Virus record (IMG/VR): IMGVR_UViG_3300005253_000213
Origin: an uncultured virus (IMG/VR IMGVR_UViG_3300005253_000213)
Taxonomy: Duplodnaviria > Heunggongvirae > Uroviricota > Caudoviricetes
Length of the DNA: 64,000 nt
Strand: one strand, 5' to 3'
The notes under the pieces were generated by a model. That model had not been told where the DNA came from and did not search any database. It was given only the letters and a program-made list of their open reading frames with translations. The position numbers and the translations under genes were made by a program. This document shows positions 17,874 through 28,927 of this stretch, one piece after another (the stretch's first letter is position 1; the number at the start of each line of letters is the position of its first letter).

Positions 17874-18569
17874 GTGATGCAGACAAAGAAATGCACCAAA
17901 TGTGGTAAAGTGAAGCCGCTAGATGCTTTCAGTGTGCACAGCGCTTCGAAAGACGGAAAGCAATCACGCTGCAGGGTGTGTAGGAATGCCGCCAAATGTA
18001 AGTGGCGCGCAGCCAACCGTGAGAAGCTCAGGGAATACAACCGCAAGTACCGCATAGACAACTCCGAGAAGTGTGGAGAATCCGTCCGTAAGTGGCGCGT
18101 GGACAATCCCAAGAAGGCTGGGGAGTACAGCCGCAAGTACCGCCTAGCTCATCCTAAGCGGGTCAGGGAGACCGGTCGCAAGTGCCGCGCTGCCCATCTC
18201 GAAGAACGCAGAAAGTATGAGGCGGAGCGACTCAAGAATAATCCACAGGCTCGGCTTCGCGGCCATATACGGAGTCGCTTGTACCAGGCGGTCAAGAACG
18301 GCCAGAAGGTGGGCTCAGCTGTACGAGACTTGGATTGCTCAATGTCATATCTGCAGGCGCATCTGGAAGCACTGTGGAAGCCAGGTATGACCTGGGAGAA
18401 CTATGGTAGGCACAAAGGCATGCGCTGTTGGGAAATCGATCATATCATACCACTCTCATCGTTTGACCTGACTGACCGTGAGCAGTTTCTGGCGGTGGTG
18501 CACTTTTCAAATTTGCAACCGCTGTGGAGCGACGAGAACAAGCGCAAGGGTGCAAAGAACGGAGGATGA
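17874..18569 (+). CDS. HNH endonuclease
   Basis: KKCTKCG N-terminus; WEIDHIIPLSSFDL...HFSNLQPLW..EN..K. Confidence 0.85.
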   Translation: MMQTKKCTKCGKVKPLDAFSVHSASKDGKQSRCRVCRNAAKCKWRAANREKLREYNRKYRIDNSEKCGESVRKWRVDNPKKAGEYSRKYRLAHPKRVRETGRKCRAAHLEERRKYEAERLKNNPQARLRGHIRSRLYQAVKNGQKVGSAVRDLDCSMSYLQAHLEALWKPGMTWENYGRHKGMRCWEIDHIIPLSSFDLTDREQFLAVVHFSNLQPLWSDENKRKGAKNGG

Positions 18570-19033
18570 TCTCAGGAAAGCCTTTGGGGAACTGGAGGAG
18601 GACTACGAATGAGCAGAGTGTGGAGAGTGCAGGTTGGTGGATACGTCGTTTCTGGCGATCCCGCCATGATCGATCGAGCGCGTCGGAAGCTGCGCAGGGA
18701 TATCATGGAGGCAGTGAAGCGGGGCGAGCTTGACCAGCTGATTGAGGTGGTTCCTGCGCTCTCGGCTACGATGGACGACGTCCCTGCGTTCCTGAAAGAG
18801 AAGGAAGACGATGGAGGTTAGGCTTCTGGTGACGTGCCACGTCGATAGAGGAGGCATACGGCAGCCGAGTGGTAAGATTCTGGAGGGGCAGGCATACGAG
18901 GCCGCCGTGGAAGTGGTTGCAGGGACTCTGAAGCTCTGCGAGGAGGCCGGGCGGAATCATCACCTGCGTGGCAATGAGCTATTCGTGGTGCACGTGTCTG
19001 CGGTGGAACCAACGAAGAAAGGAAAGGCCGACG

Positions 19034-19525
19034 ATGGCTAAGCGGCAGCGCGTTTTCATGGGTCATCCGAAGGTTGTGAAGGTGCCCGTTGTGGTTTGTA
19101 TGTCGGCACTACACGGGGAAGGCGGCGGTTGCGTCATGCTCCGTGTCGAGGATGCCACGAACAACACAACCCTGCTGGAAATCAAGATGCCGTATGAGGC
19201 GTATGCGAAGGCGCTTTGCGGGCTGTATACCAGGGCCGATGCTGCTATCACGACCGATGCGCCGCTCGGCATGAATACAGAAGTGAAGAAGGTGCCGGTC
19301 TTCATGCCGGATGTTCCCTCTGCGAGGCGTGACAAGATGGCGCAGAGGATTCTCAGCGCTCTGGAGAAGGACGGGTGGCATGGTCGCTGCTCAGACATGT
19401 CGAACCATCACAACCTTCTGGGTTTTGAGACCCGGAGGGGGAAGAAGGGCGGAGTCTACAACGTTACCTTCATCCGACACGTCGAGGCGGCACCAAAGAA
19501 AGGCAAAGAAACCGAAAATGGCTAA
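19034..19525 (+). CDS. Hypothetical protein
   Basis: RBS; coupled to neighbours. Confidence 0.55.
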   Translation: MAKRQRVFMGHPKVVKVPVVVCMSALHGEGGGCVMLRVEDATNNTTLLEIKMPYEAYAKALCGLYTRADAAITTDAPLGMNTEVKKVPVFMPDVPSARRDKMAQRILSALEKDGWHGRCSDMSNHHNLLGFETRRGKKGGVYNVTFIRHVEAAPKKGKETENG

Positions 19526-20162
19526 GCGACTGCACGCTTTCATGGGCGGCGAGCGCCGCGGCGGACACACGGCGAAGCACGGCTTTTGGGGCACCATGTT
19601 CGACTACAAGTTCGAAAAGGCATGGTCCGGCGGCCAGATGGCTCTTCTGATAATTGGCAGCCTTATCCTTGGGCTGTTCGGCGCCATCATGGGCATTCTC
19701 GGCTTGTGCAACAAGGCGCGACGCGTCCAAGGCGGGGTGCTCCTTGTGATCGGAGTGCTCGGAATGCTTTTCGGAGCCGCTGTTGGAACGAGCGCGGTCC
19801 AAGTGCCGGGCGGACGCAGTGGTGGCTACCAGCCGAGGGATTCGCGACCCACGCGCCAGCCTGCGGAGTATGAGATACGGCAGGAGAGGCCAAGCTACGA
19901 TAGCTTGCGTCGGGATGGAGACAGCCGTGCAGCCGTGAGGCTGATGCGGGAGGCAGTACGACAACAGGCACTGCATGGTTCTAGTCGGATTGGTGGCAGT
20001 CGCCAACCCACTACGTGTTCGTTCTGCAAGGGGACTGGCAACTCATCGCTTCCCTGCGCGAGCTGCAACGGCACCGGCATGTCCGGCAGCTTTGCCTGTT
20101 CCTTTTGCAACGGCAGACGATTCGAGCAGTGCATGAATTGCAAGGGTACGGGCAGGCGCTGA
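19518..20162 (+). CDS. Membrane protein with DnaJ-type zinc finger
   Basis: Two Gly-rich TM segments; CSFCKGTG, CASCNGTG, CSFCNG, CMNCKGTG. Confidence 0.7.
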   Translation: MAKRLHAFMGGERRGGHTAKHGFWGTMFDYKFEKAWSGGQMALLIIGSLILGLFGAIMGILGLCNKARRVQGGVLLVIGVLGMLFGAAVGTSAVQVPGGRSGGYQPRDSRPTRQPAEYEIRQERPSYDSLRRDGDSRAAVRLMREAVRQQALHGSSRIGGSRQPTTCSFCKGTGNSSLPCASCNGTGMSGSFACSFCNGRRFEQCMNCKGTGRR

Positions 20163-20222
20163 ACCATGCGCACCGTTGCACGCTGCATACAAGGGGAAGG
20201 AAAAGGAAGGCAGGAAAGGCAA

Positions 20223-20681
20223 ATGAAGAAGATCTCAGACTGGCGCAAGCTGGCCGGCAAGCCTCACAGCTTTCCGGCGCACCTGGATCAGCCGACTGGG
20301 CCGATGCAGCGAAACTATCCCATCGTCAAGATCGCGGCGAATTTTACCAGGGAGGGACCGGTTGGATCACACGCCTACGACTACGCCCAGTTCATGAAGT
20401 TCGTGGAGAAGGTCAAGCGGGTCCACGAACTGAATCCAGCCGTTCGGATCAGCAGAGGACCGTTTGCCTTGCACGCCGTGGTGCGCGGCATGGAGACACC
20501 GAGCGAGCAGCGGGTGCGTCTGGTCGAGCGGCGCAGGGCGCTCAAGCAGACGCTGGCATACGCGCGCGGCGACAAAACTCGCGCCGGCGAGAAAGAAGCT
20601 GAGGCGCTCAAGGCGCTTGCGGTGATCCAGCCGTTGATAGGTCGGAAGTCCAGGGCGAAGAAGAGGCGAAAGCCGAAATGA
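20223..20681 (+). CDS. Hypothetical basic protein
   Basis: GGAAAGG RBS; stop overlaps next start. Confidence 0.55.
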   Translation: MKKISDWRKLAGKPHSFPAHLDQPTGPMQRNYPIVKIAANFTREGPVGSHAYDYAQFMKFVEKVKRVHELNPAVRISRGPFALHAVVRGMETPSEQRVRLVERRRALKQTLAYARGDKTRAGEKEAEALKALAVIQPLIGRKSRAKKRRKPK

Positions 20682-21436
20682 CGGATGACGCGATTGATCA
20701 GGAGCTTCCTGGCAGCACGCTGGCTATTCGAGCCGAGCTGCGGCTTCGCAATGCAACAATGATCAATCGACGTAAGCAGCTGGGCTGGAGCCAGTCTAGG
20801 CTTGCCGAGCATGCCGGCGTGACGCTTCGTATTGTGGCAGATCTGGAGAAGTTAGACTACAGCCGGGAGGTCGTTCGTGACGGCGCGTTGAGTATCGCCG
20901 TTGCTCTCGGCATTCAGGTTGACGATATTCTGCCGCCCGGCATGGATCAGAAACTTCAGTCTGACATTCGGGTCACAAGGGAAGTGCAAATCAACCACTT
21001 GCTGGCATGGAGTAACCACCAAAGCCGACTGATTCTGCCGGCGCCAGATATGTTAGCTGAGCAGACAGAGCTGAAAGAGCGGCTGATACAACTACTGCAA
21101 ACATTGCCGCCGCGCCATGGTGAGGTTCTCAAGCTGCGCTACGGCATCGACGGATCGGTCTATAGTACGGAAGAGATAGCAGCGCGTCTCAAAATTGGAA
21201 GGCAGCGGGTACATCAGATAGAGCAGACGGCAATTAGGAGACTGCAACATCCTTCCAGGTCGAAGAAGGTGGAGGGATTTCTGGATGATACCGAGCCGCC
21301 TAACAAGGCACGTGCCGTGGCCGAAACGACCAGCGCTGCTACACGCAGGCTGCTTGGCCGGCGACAACGACTTTGTGAGTTCAGTGAGACTGCTGTGAAG
21401 GATGCGTTGAAGCGCGACGATAGAAGGGTTGAGTGA
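20678..21436 (+). CDS. XRE-HTH fused to a sigma70 region 4
   Basis: RKQLGWSQSRLAEHAGV...LE; EVLKLRYGI...STEEIA...RQRVHQIEQTAIRRLQHPSRSKKVEGFLD. Confidence 0.8.
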   Translation: MTDDAIDQELPGSTLAIRAELRLRNATMINRRKQLGWSQSRLAEHAGVTLRIVADLEKLDYSREVVRDGALSIAVALGIQVDDILPPGMDQKLQSDIRVTREVQINHLLAWSNHQSRLILPAPDMLAEQTELKERLIQLLQTLPPRHGEVLKLRYGIDGSVYSTEEIAARLKIGRQRVHQIEQTAIRRLQHPSRSKKVEGFLDDTEPPNKARAVAETTSAATRRLLGRRQRLCEFSETAVKDALKRDDRRVE

Positions 21437-22158
21437 TGACTGGGAGGAAACCGCGCTGTAGGTACTGTGTCGTGAAGACATCGGATGCTGGCGCACTGCA
21501 CGACTCTAGTTGTCCGATGCTGCTTTCGGAGTCTGCACGCGAGGCATTTTTGGAAGGGCAGGTTTACCCAGGCGATGAACTATCGTTCGTTTCGGCGGAG
21601 ATGCGAGCGATGAGTTTCTACGCTGACCCGCGCACCTGGAAGGCGCGCCCTGATGCCGATAGTATGGGTCTCCACACTTGGGCGGATCTCGACGAAGGAG
21701 CCAAAGCAAGAGACGCGCTGTCGCAGTATCGCCCGCGCCACCTTGTCAGTGCTGTGGCGCTCATTGTGGAGCCCAGTGGGCGGTTCTTGGCAGGGCGGCG
21801 GAAGCACCCGTCGGGCGAAGGTCTCTATGCTTGTCCAGGCGGCCATCTGGAGTTTGGCGAAACGCCAATACAGGCGGCTGCCAGAGAGGCGTACGAGGAG
21901 ACCGGTATCAAGTTGGATCCCGCCGATGGTACCCTGATAGACGTCGACGTTGACTCGAACCAGGTCGTGGGACCGTGGGTGGTGATCTTCTACAGGTTCG
22001 GCGTCTCGGCCGGTATAGAAGTGGTCAATAAGGTTGCGAGCAACGGGAGTTGGGCGTGGTATTCACTGCTTTGCCCACCGGAACCGATGTTCCCGAATCT
22101 CGCGAAAATGCTCAAACAGCATGGGCCGCTTCTTGGAGCGCAGCTAGAATTGCGGTAG
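21433..22158 (+). CDS. Nudix hydrolase with N-terminal extension
   Basis: Nudix box GGHLEFGETPIQAAAREAYEETG. Confidence 0.88.
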   Translation: MMTGRKPRCRYCVVKTSDAGALHDSSCPMLLSESAREAFLEGQVYPGDELSFVSAEMRAMSFYADPRTWKARPDADSMGLHTWADLDEGAKARDALSQYRPRHLVSAVALIVEPSGRFLAGRRKHPSGEGLYACPGGHLEFGETPIQAAAREAYEETGIKLDPADGTLIDVDVDSNQVVGPWVVIFYRFGVSAGIEVVNKVASNGSWAWYSLLCPPEPMFPNLAKMLKQHGPLLGAQLELR

Positions 22159-22973
22159 ATGTCATGGCTGCACGCAGAAAGGCAGGCGGAATGGACGGAG
22201 ACCCCGGTCAGCTGCTGGTCGAGCTGAAGAAGGAACGGGACGAACAGAAAAGGCGGGCCGACGCTGCAGAGGCCAGTCTCGCGGGTGCGCTGGAGGCGCT
22301 GGAACGGGCACGAGAGTTCATGTGGGGTCACGGCTTGCCAAGGATAAAGGTGGTAGAAGACGCTCTGGCCGAGCACACCACCCCAGCCACGGCTAGGCTG
22401 CTGGCTATCGTGACGGCGGCGGAGCGCCACGCGAGGTACAGGTGTCTCGGTTCAGCAGCTCACGTATCTATCGCAGCCTGTGATTGTGACATCTGCAAGG
22501 CCGTCCGCCTGCCGAAGGGGTGACCTGATGGCGACAGTAACGTGTCCCCACTGTGGCAAGTACTTCGAGTGGCTATTGGCACAGGAGACCTGATATGCGG
22601 CTTTTCAGTCGTTTCACCCATCAGTTCATCCGTCGTCTCATCGATCACATTATCGGTGTGCGACGCTGGTACTCGACGTGTCCAATATGCCGCCAGGACA
22701 TTACAATCAAATCACGTCGAAAAACGTACCTGACATACTGTTCGCTGTGCGAGGGGGTGCTGCAAATTGCACCGGACGGAGTGGCGCGGGGATATGCGCC
22801 GCCGGAACTGCTGAGCGATCTGCGCGAGCAGTTGCACGCCGCAATGAGCGGTCGCAAGCTGCAGGAGCTCGAACAAAAGCTGGCTGACTGCACGCGCAGG
22901 ATGCGGTTGCTGATGGAGATCATCAAGAGAAGCGGGCTGAAAGAGGAGGACGGGGAGGAATGAACAGAAAACC

Positions 22974-23549
22974 ATGGTGGCGTCGTTTGCTCTGCTGGTT
23001 CGGCTTTCACGCCCCGATCTCGGAATGTACGCCGGACGGTTTTGCCGACTGGCGTTGCCCCTACTGCGGAAACATCATATGAGCGAAATCGACGAACTGC
23101 CGCTCCCAGTCTGGCCATCCACTACGTTCCAGGCATGGGCCGAGGCTATCTACAACTACGCCAGGCAGCGCTTTCTTGAAGACGGTTATCATGCTCCGCT
23201 CTGCATCCTCATCGATGGTGGCGACCACTACCACCTTCTCGATCTGTCTCATATCTTCGATAGTCATGAGGGCAGGATTGCGGCAGCGCTGGCCGCTCGT
23301 GGCCTGATCCACAACCTCGACGCGAAGGCGATTGCATTCATCAGCGAGATCTGGACCAAAAAGACGCAGGATGGTCCACGATTGGGCGAGCAGCTCATGG
23401 TGAATGTTGAGTCACGTGACGGCGAGAAGGTTTGCTATTTCGGTGACATAGCCAAAACAGCAACACAACATGTTGTTGTTGACCGCGAGCCACTTGTGAA
23501 CCTGCGTGGTGAAGGTCTCTTCGCCAACTTCTTCGAGGAGCTCGAATGA
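22974..23549 (+). CDS. Hypothetical protein (start uncertain)
   Basis: IAFISEIW...VESRDG motif; stop overlaps next start. Confidence 0.5.
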   Translation: MVASFALLVRLSRPDLGMYAGRFCRLALPLLRKHHMSEIDELPLPVWPSTTFQAWAEAIYNYARQRFLEDGYHAPLCILIDGGDHYHLLDLSHIFDSHEGRIAAALAARGLIHNLDAKAIAFISEIWTKKTQDGPRLGEQLMVNVESRDGEKVCYFGDIAKTATQHVVVDREPLVNLRGEGLFANFFEELE

Positions 23550-23803
23550 GACGCGTCGTTCACTGCAAGCACGAACCGTACGATGTGCTGATAGACCGGC
23601 GTACGAAATGGGGCAATCCATTCAGGATCGGTCCTGATGGTACGCGGGAGGACGTGATCGAGAAGTACAGGCAATGGTTGCCGATGCAGCCGCATCTGAT
23701 GGCAGCTCTTCACGAGCTCAAGGGCAAGGTGCTGGGTTGCTGGTGTGATCCGTTCCCTTGTCACGGGGACGTGTTGGCTGAATTCGCGAATAGGGAGGGC
23801 TGA
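23546..23803 (+). CDS. DUF4326-like protein
   Basis: TKWGNPF...LKGKVLGCWC.P.PCHGDVL. Confidence 0.8.
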   Translation: MRRVVHCKHEPYDVLIDRRTKWGNPFRIGPDGTREDVIEKYRQWLPMQPHLMAALHELKGKVLGCWCDPFPCHGDVLAEFANREG

Positions 23804-23923
23804 TGCGTAACGCACTCTACACGCTTTTCACTTGGGTCATCCAGGGTTGAGCACGCCGATGCTAAGATGGCAGAGAAACTGCTCGCCGCTATTCGGAAGA
23901 TACAGCGATAAGGAGGCTATCGA

Positions 23924-25648
23924 ATGAAGGCCATTCACATCGGCAAGTCAAGATCGAAGCGGTTCACACTGCCGCCTGATTTCGTGACGGAAACCGCTGC
24001 TATCCTGGCACGCCGGGGTGGTGGCAAGACGTACACGGGCAATGTAGTGGCCGAAGGCTTCCTGGAGAACGGGTTCCAGGTTGTGGTCATCGATCCGTGC
24101 AACGCGTGGTGGGGACTGCGCTCTTCGGCCAACGGTAAATCGCCTGGCTATCCGATCGTTATCTTCGGGGGGCCGCGCGGCGATCTGCCGCTTGAAGTCC
24201 CGATGGCTCGTGGAATCGCGGATCTCGTGGCTGAGAATCCGGACTTCTCATGCGTGCTCAGTCTGCGGCATCTGCGCAAAGGTCCGCAGAAGCAGTTCGT
24301 CTGCGAGTTTGCTGAACAGCTCTTCCACCGAAAGGGTGAAGAGAAGCTGGCGACGGCCGTGCACATCTTCATCGACGAGGCTCACCGTTTCGCTCCGCAG
24401 TTCGTGCGCGCGGACGACGCAAAGGTGATGGGTGCAGTTGGGGATCTGGTACTGGGCGGGCGCCAGGCCGGCATCGGTGTCACCCTGATCACGCAGCGGA
24501 GCGCGAAACTCAACAAGGACGTGCTCACGCAGGCCGAGCTCTTGATCGTTGGACAGATCACCGGTCCCCAGGACAAGAAGGCCGTTCGCGAGTGGATCGA
24601 GGAGAACGCCGACGCCGTGGAGCAGGGCGAGTTCATCACCTCGCTCGCGAAGCTGAAGCGTGGCGAATTCTGGTTCTGGTCGCCGGCAAAGCTGGATGTA
24701 TTTGCTCGCGTGGATGTAAGGAAGCGCACCACGTTCGACTCGTCAGCCACGCCGAAGACGGGCAGACGGCCCAAGTCGCCGAAGCGGGTCAGCAAGGTGG
24801 ATCTGGCGAAGCTCCAGGAGACACTCCAGCAGAATCTCCAGGAGATCGAAGAGAGAGATCCGAAAGCGCTCAAGCGACGGATAGCTGAACTGGAGCGGGC
24901 GGCACGAAAGAGCCAGCCGGCGAGCGTCACACTGCCGGCGCCGACTCTCGATAAGGCGTCACTCAAGAAAGCGGTGGATAGCGCGCTCGACGAGCGCGAT
25001 GACCAGTGGCGCATATCCGTGGAAGGATTCATGACGACACTGGACGAGCGGCTGCGTACCGCTACCGCCAGCGTTTCATCGATCGAGATCAAGGCTCCGG
25101 CGCGAAGCAAGTTCAAGTCGATTCAGATGCACGTGCCAAATGTGCAGGTGGATGTGCGTCCGCCTGTGTCTACGCTGCCTCCGGTGACGGATGACATGCC
25201 GCTGAACAAGTGCGAGATTGCGCTTCTCGGCGTTCTCGTGAGTCGTGATCGTCCGGTCAGCAAGAAGCTGGTAGCTCTGCAATCAGGCTACTCAATCAAG
25301 AGCGGTCACTTCAACAACACGCTCTCCGGGCTGAGAAAGCGGGGGCTGATCGGCGGTACCGATAACATCGTGATCACGCTGGGCGGCAGTCAAGTGTTCG
25401 CTGCAAGCGGCGCACAGGCGATAACGGTCGACATCGATCACTGGATCGCTCACGGCAGCAAGTGCACGCGCGCGATTCTCCAGAAACTCAAGGACAACCG
25501 TGATCCCATGAGTCGGCAGGAGATCGCCAACGCAACCGGTTACAGCGCCACGAGCGGTCACTTCAACAACACGCTCTCCAAACTGCGTGGACTGCTGCTT
25601 ATCGAAGGCACTGACTTTGTCAGCCTGTCGGCGGAACTCTTCGGATAG
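23924..25648 (+). CDS. HerA/FtsK-superfamily ATPase (DUF87-like) with duplicated C-terminal winged-helix motifs
   Basis: ARRGGGKT, VIDP, IFIDEAHRFAP, GRQAGIG, ITQR; SGHFNNTLS twice. Confidence 0.8.
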   Translation: MKAIHIGKSRSKRFTLPPDFVTETAAILARRGGGKTYTGNVVAEGFLENGFQVVVIDPCNAWWGLRSSANGKSPGYPIVIFGGPRGDLPLEVPMARGIADLVAENPDFSCVLSLRHLRKGPQKQFVCEFAEQLFHRKGEEKLATAVHIFIDEAHRFAPQFVRADDAKVMGAVGDLVLGGRQAGIGVTLITQRSAKLNKDVLTQAELLIVGQITGPQDKKAVREWIEENADAVEQGEFITSLAKLKRGEFWFWSPAKLDVFARVDVRKRTTFDSSATPKTGRRPKSPKRVSKVDLAKLQETLQQNLQEIEERDPKALKRRIAELERAARKSQPASVTLPAPTLDKASLKKAVDSALDERDDQWRISVEGFMTTLDERLRTATASVSSIEIKAPARSKFKSIQMHVPNVQVDVRPPVSTLPPVTDDMPLNKCEIALLGVLVSRDRPVSKKLVALQSGYSIKSGHFNNTLSGLRKRGLIGGTDNIVITLGGSQVFAASGAQAITVDIDHWIAHGSKCTRAILQKLKDNRDPMSRQEIANATGYSATSGHFNNTLSKLRGLLLIEGTDFVSLSAELFG

Positions 25649-25663
25649 CGGAGATCAGATCTG

Positions 25664-26038
25664 ATGAAAGTACACCTGAAAACGGACGTCAGGCCGAAAG
25701 CCGATCGAAAGCGTGAGGTTTTCGCGATTCACGTGGACGTGATGCCGTTTCGCGGAGGTGCTGCGCGCATTACGCTCCACAAATATCAACGGTCGCACAT
25801 GCGGGCCGGTCGGCTGTCGTACTGCTGGAAGCAGACGGAAATCGACGTACCGGGCGGCAGTCCGCGGTCGGCGGCCGTGATGGCGAAATGGGCCGAAGGC
25901 ATCATGCTCGCGGTCTACATCGCCAGGTACCTCGACAAGACGAAGCCCGAGAAAGTCACGAAGGCGGAGATCAACCGCATCGGGTCGGGCTGGGACAAGA
26001 TGTCGCCATCCCGTAGGGCGGTCATGGTCTATGGGTGA
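25664..26038 (+). CDS. Hypothetical protein
   Basis: GGAG RBS; co-oriented. Confidence 0.5.
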   Translation: MKVHLKTDVRPKADRKREVFAIHVDVMPFRGGAARITLHKYQRSHMRAGRLSYCWKQTEIDVPGGSPRSAAVMAKWAEGIMLAVYIARYLDKTKPEKVTKAEINRIGSGWDKMSPSRRAVMVYG

Positions 26039-27064
26039 CTTCGATGACGACTTTCTTCCAGTGATTCAGGAAGAACCGTCGGCTGAACCAGCTGAGCCAG
26101 AGGAGAAATCCTGGCGGGATCACGTACCAACCAACTCGCCGCCGCCGGCGGAGTGTCCTGAGTGCGGCGGCGAGATTGAAGAGAAGTTCCGCTGTGGTAA
26201 CTATGTGAAGTTCAGATGCACAGCATGTGAGCTGAACATCAGGCACTTTCCATCTCAGCCTCTCGCCACGTGGCGAGATGAGGACGAAGAGGAGGAAGAC
26301 GATGGGACTCAACATTGATCTCAGGATCGAACCGCAGATACCCGAGAACTGCTCCTGTCCGAACTATACTTGTTTGAAGTTGCTGGAGCAGGTCAATCTC
26401 AGCAGGCTCTCTGAGGGAGAGGCGACGCGCGTTTGGACGGTACACACGTCCGGCAGGAAGAACTGGATGTCGCACGGGATTCATCCAGTCGATGCTTTGG
26501 GCTTTGTCGTCATGCCCAAGACCATCAATCTGCCTGATAACGTGGAGTCACACTACTGGCGCTGCGAAGAATGCGGCACCACGATCGAGCGGTCCTACGC
26601 GGAAATGGCCGATGGCGGTTCACCTGTCTGCCCGAAGTGTGATGCCGACATGGAGTACCAGCCCTAATGGCCGACAGATCGTGGAGCTGCTTCAAGATTC
26701 CGTGGCTCTATGCTGACGATCCCAACGTCAAAGGAATCCTGGGTTGCTGGGAACGCCTGGATGCCGAGGCCGAAGGACACGTCGAGTTTGTCGAGCAGGA
26801 AGTTGCTGGCGGGGGCTGTACGGAAGAGGAAGATCTCGTGCTCTACGACATTCCGTTCCATCACACATGGGCGGGCGTCGCCGGCGTTTATTCGGACGAG
26901 CAGAGCGTCTTCCTTCCTGGCGAGGGCATTGCACACGCGGCCGAGGACGGCCCGGTTGCCGCGGTTGGTCCGCGTGGTGCCGTGAACAAGAGGGACATCA
27001 AGTTCGCGATCAGGTTCCACAGGCTGAAAAGACTCTTCGATCGCATGTGTAAGAGGGGGAAGTA

Positions 27065-27439
27065 ATGGCGGTCTACATCCATCTGTTCCATGGTCGTAAG
27101 GATCCAGCCGAACAGCTGGAAGACTGGGGCGAAGACGGTCCTGTGCTCGGTCCGTTCCGGTGGGTCCATACGACCTACGCTTGCGACATCAAACTGGGCA
27201 GCCTGGAGCCCAGGGATGATGCGGTTGGTTCGCTCTATATCGTTGAATATCTGGTCTACTACGCCGGGGTCTGGTATGGCGATTGGTTGGTCTTCGACGA
27301 CGAGTGTGTCGAGACCGACAAGTCCGTGCCGCAGCTGTACGACGAGAACAAGGCATGGCCGCCAGGCACCAAGACCGCCGGGGGAATCACGCGGCTTCCA
27401 CTCAAGCCGCACACAGCGAAGGAAGGTGCTCATGCATAG
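27065..27439 (+). CDS. Hypothetical phage protein
   Basis: YIHLFHGRKDP...DWG.DGP...YYAGVWYGDW. Confidence 0.6.
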   Translation: MAVYIHLFHGRKDPAEQLEDWGEDGPVLGPFRWVHTTYACDIKLGSLEPRDDAVGSLYIVEYLVYYAGVWYGDWLVFDDECVETDKSVPQLYDENKAWPPGTKTAGGITRLPLKPHTAKEGAHA

Positions 27440-28318
27440 CAGATGCCCCGAGGATCATCCCTGGCACCCAAGTCAGGTAACGATCGAGAAGCTGGAGAAG
27501 TTTTGCGCGGCTATCAGGAAAGCTGCCGACGCGCTGTGGGATCGGGACGAAGATGGCGATTTGCCGGTTGAATGTCATCTACTCGATCGAACGCGCTACC
27601 AGCCATACTGCCACATACCGGTGGCGTACGATCACCACGCCGAAACAGAGGAAGACCACAATCAGATTCTCGGTGCGCTGACTGCTAATCTGTGTTCGGC
27701 GACCGAACGGCTTGATATGTACATGAGGTGTCGCGAGAGCTCGGTGCGGACTGGATTGGACAAAGATGTCCGGCTGATCCGAAACATGGCGAAGGTCATG
27801 GCCGAAGTGGTACCAGTGAAGAAGGTGAAGCGGGAGGCAATGGAGAAAGCGGCGAAGGAAGTGCTGCAGTGGTTGCAGCAGCGTCGTTTCAACTGGACGT
27901 AGATGGAGGACTTCCCGTTGGCAAAGACGACGAAGAAGATCAGAAAGCCGAAACGGGCCAAGAAGCCTGAGACCAAGAAAGAGAAAGTTGTACAAATTAC
28001 GCTCCAGCTCACAGAGCAAATGATCAGGTTGCTCAATGCAAAGGCCGCGCTTGCAGGATGGACGGAGTGGCTCAAGGGCGCTGATACTCCTTCGGAGCTG
28101 GATGCCGGCTCCGTCGTTGGTCTGGTTGTTCTTTCGGAAGCGCGCGGAAACCTGTACGAGAACACGCACCTGGCCACGCCGCATATGTGGCGTGGACTCA
28201 TCGACGTTGTGCCGGAGCTGCGTGAAGTCTACGAGGCTACCTTCGAGAAGGAAGGCCGCAAGTGGGTCATGAAGAATAGCGAGCTCGTAGGCCAGGGCAA
28301 CATGAGGAAGATACGGTA

Positions 28319-28927
28319 ATGAAAGGGAGAGGAACTCGTCGGCAGAAGAAACCGCCAGTACGTCAGACCAGGACGAAGCAGAAAGATACGGCTGCTGACG
28401 ACACACTCTCAGGCATACCACGCAAGAAGATGTTGCGCCGTGTCGATCGAAAGAATCCTGGCGTACTGACGGTTCGAGGAGAGTATTCGGAGCACGGCGT
28501 CTGGATCGTGCTGATGGGTGGTGACTTCGAGGTCTTTGTGGATGCCGCCGGGCTGCCTCAAGCCTTTCGCCGTCGGAACTCGGGGCGAAAGGTTAGTGGT
28601 TTTGCGGTGCCTAGCATCAACACTATTGGCATGCGGTGGGATGAATCAACGAGATTCTGGGACGCGAAGAATCTCGATCGCGGCGAGTTCAATCGCGAGC
28701 TGATCAATCATCTCGCGTTGGCGGTCCGACGTTGTACGCTCGACGAGGGCGCGATTGCGAAGTCCGGTGATCTCGTGCAGATCATCACAGATGCGGCCGA
28801 TACGCTGCAGCGGATAGCTGCCAGTAGCACTGAGGATCCTGACAGGCTCAAGGCGCGTGCCGATAGGCTTGCAGGTGATTTGCTGGTCAGGCTGCTTGCA
28901 GCCGACCTGCGGAAAGGAAGCGCATGA
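28319..28927 (+). CDS. Hypothetical protein
   Basis: Coupled start/stop with neighbours. Confidence 0.55.
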   Translation: MKGRGTRRQKKPPVRQTRTKQKDTAADDTLSGIPRKKMLRRVDRKNPGVLTVRGEYSEHGVWIVLMGGDFEVFVDAAGLPQAFRRRNSGRKVSGFAVPSINTIGMRWDESTRFWDAKNLDRGEFNRELINHLALAVRRCTLDEGAIAKSGDLVQIITDAADTLQRIAASSTEDPDRLKARADRLAGDLLVRLLAADLRKGSA

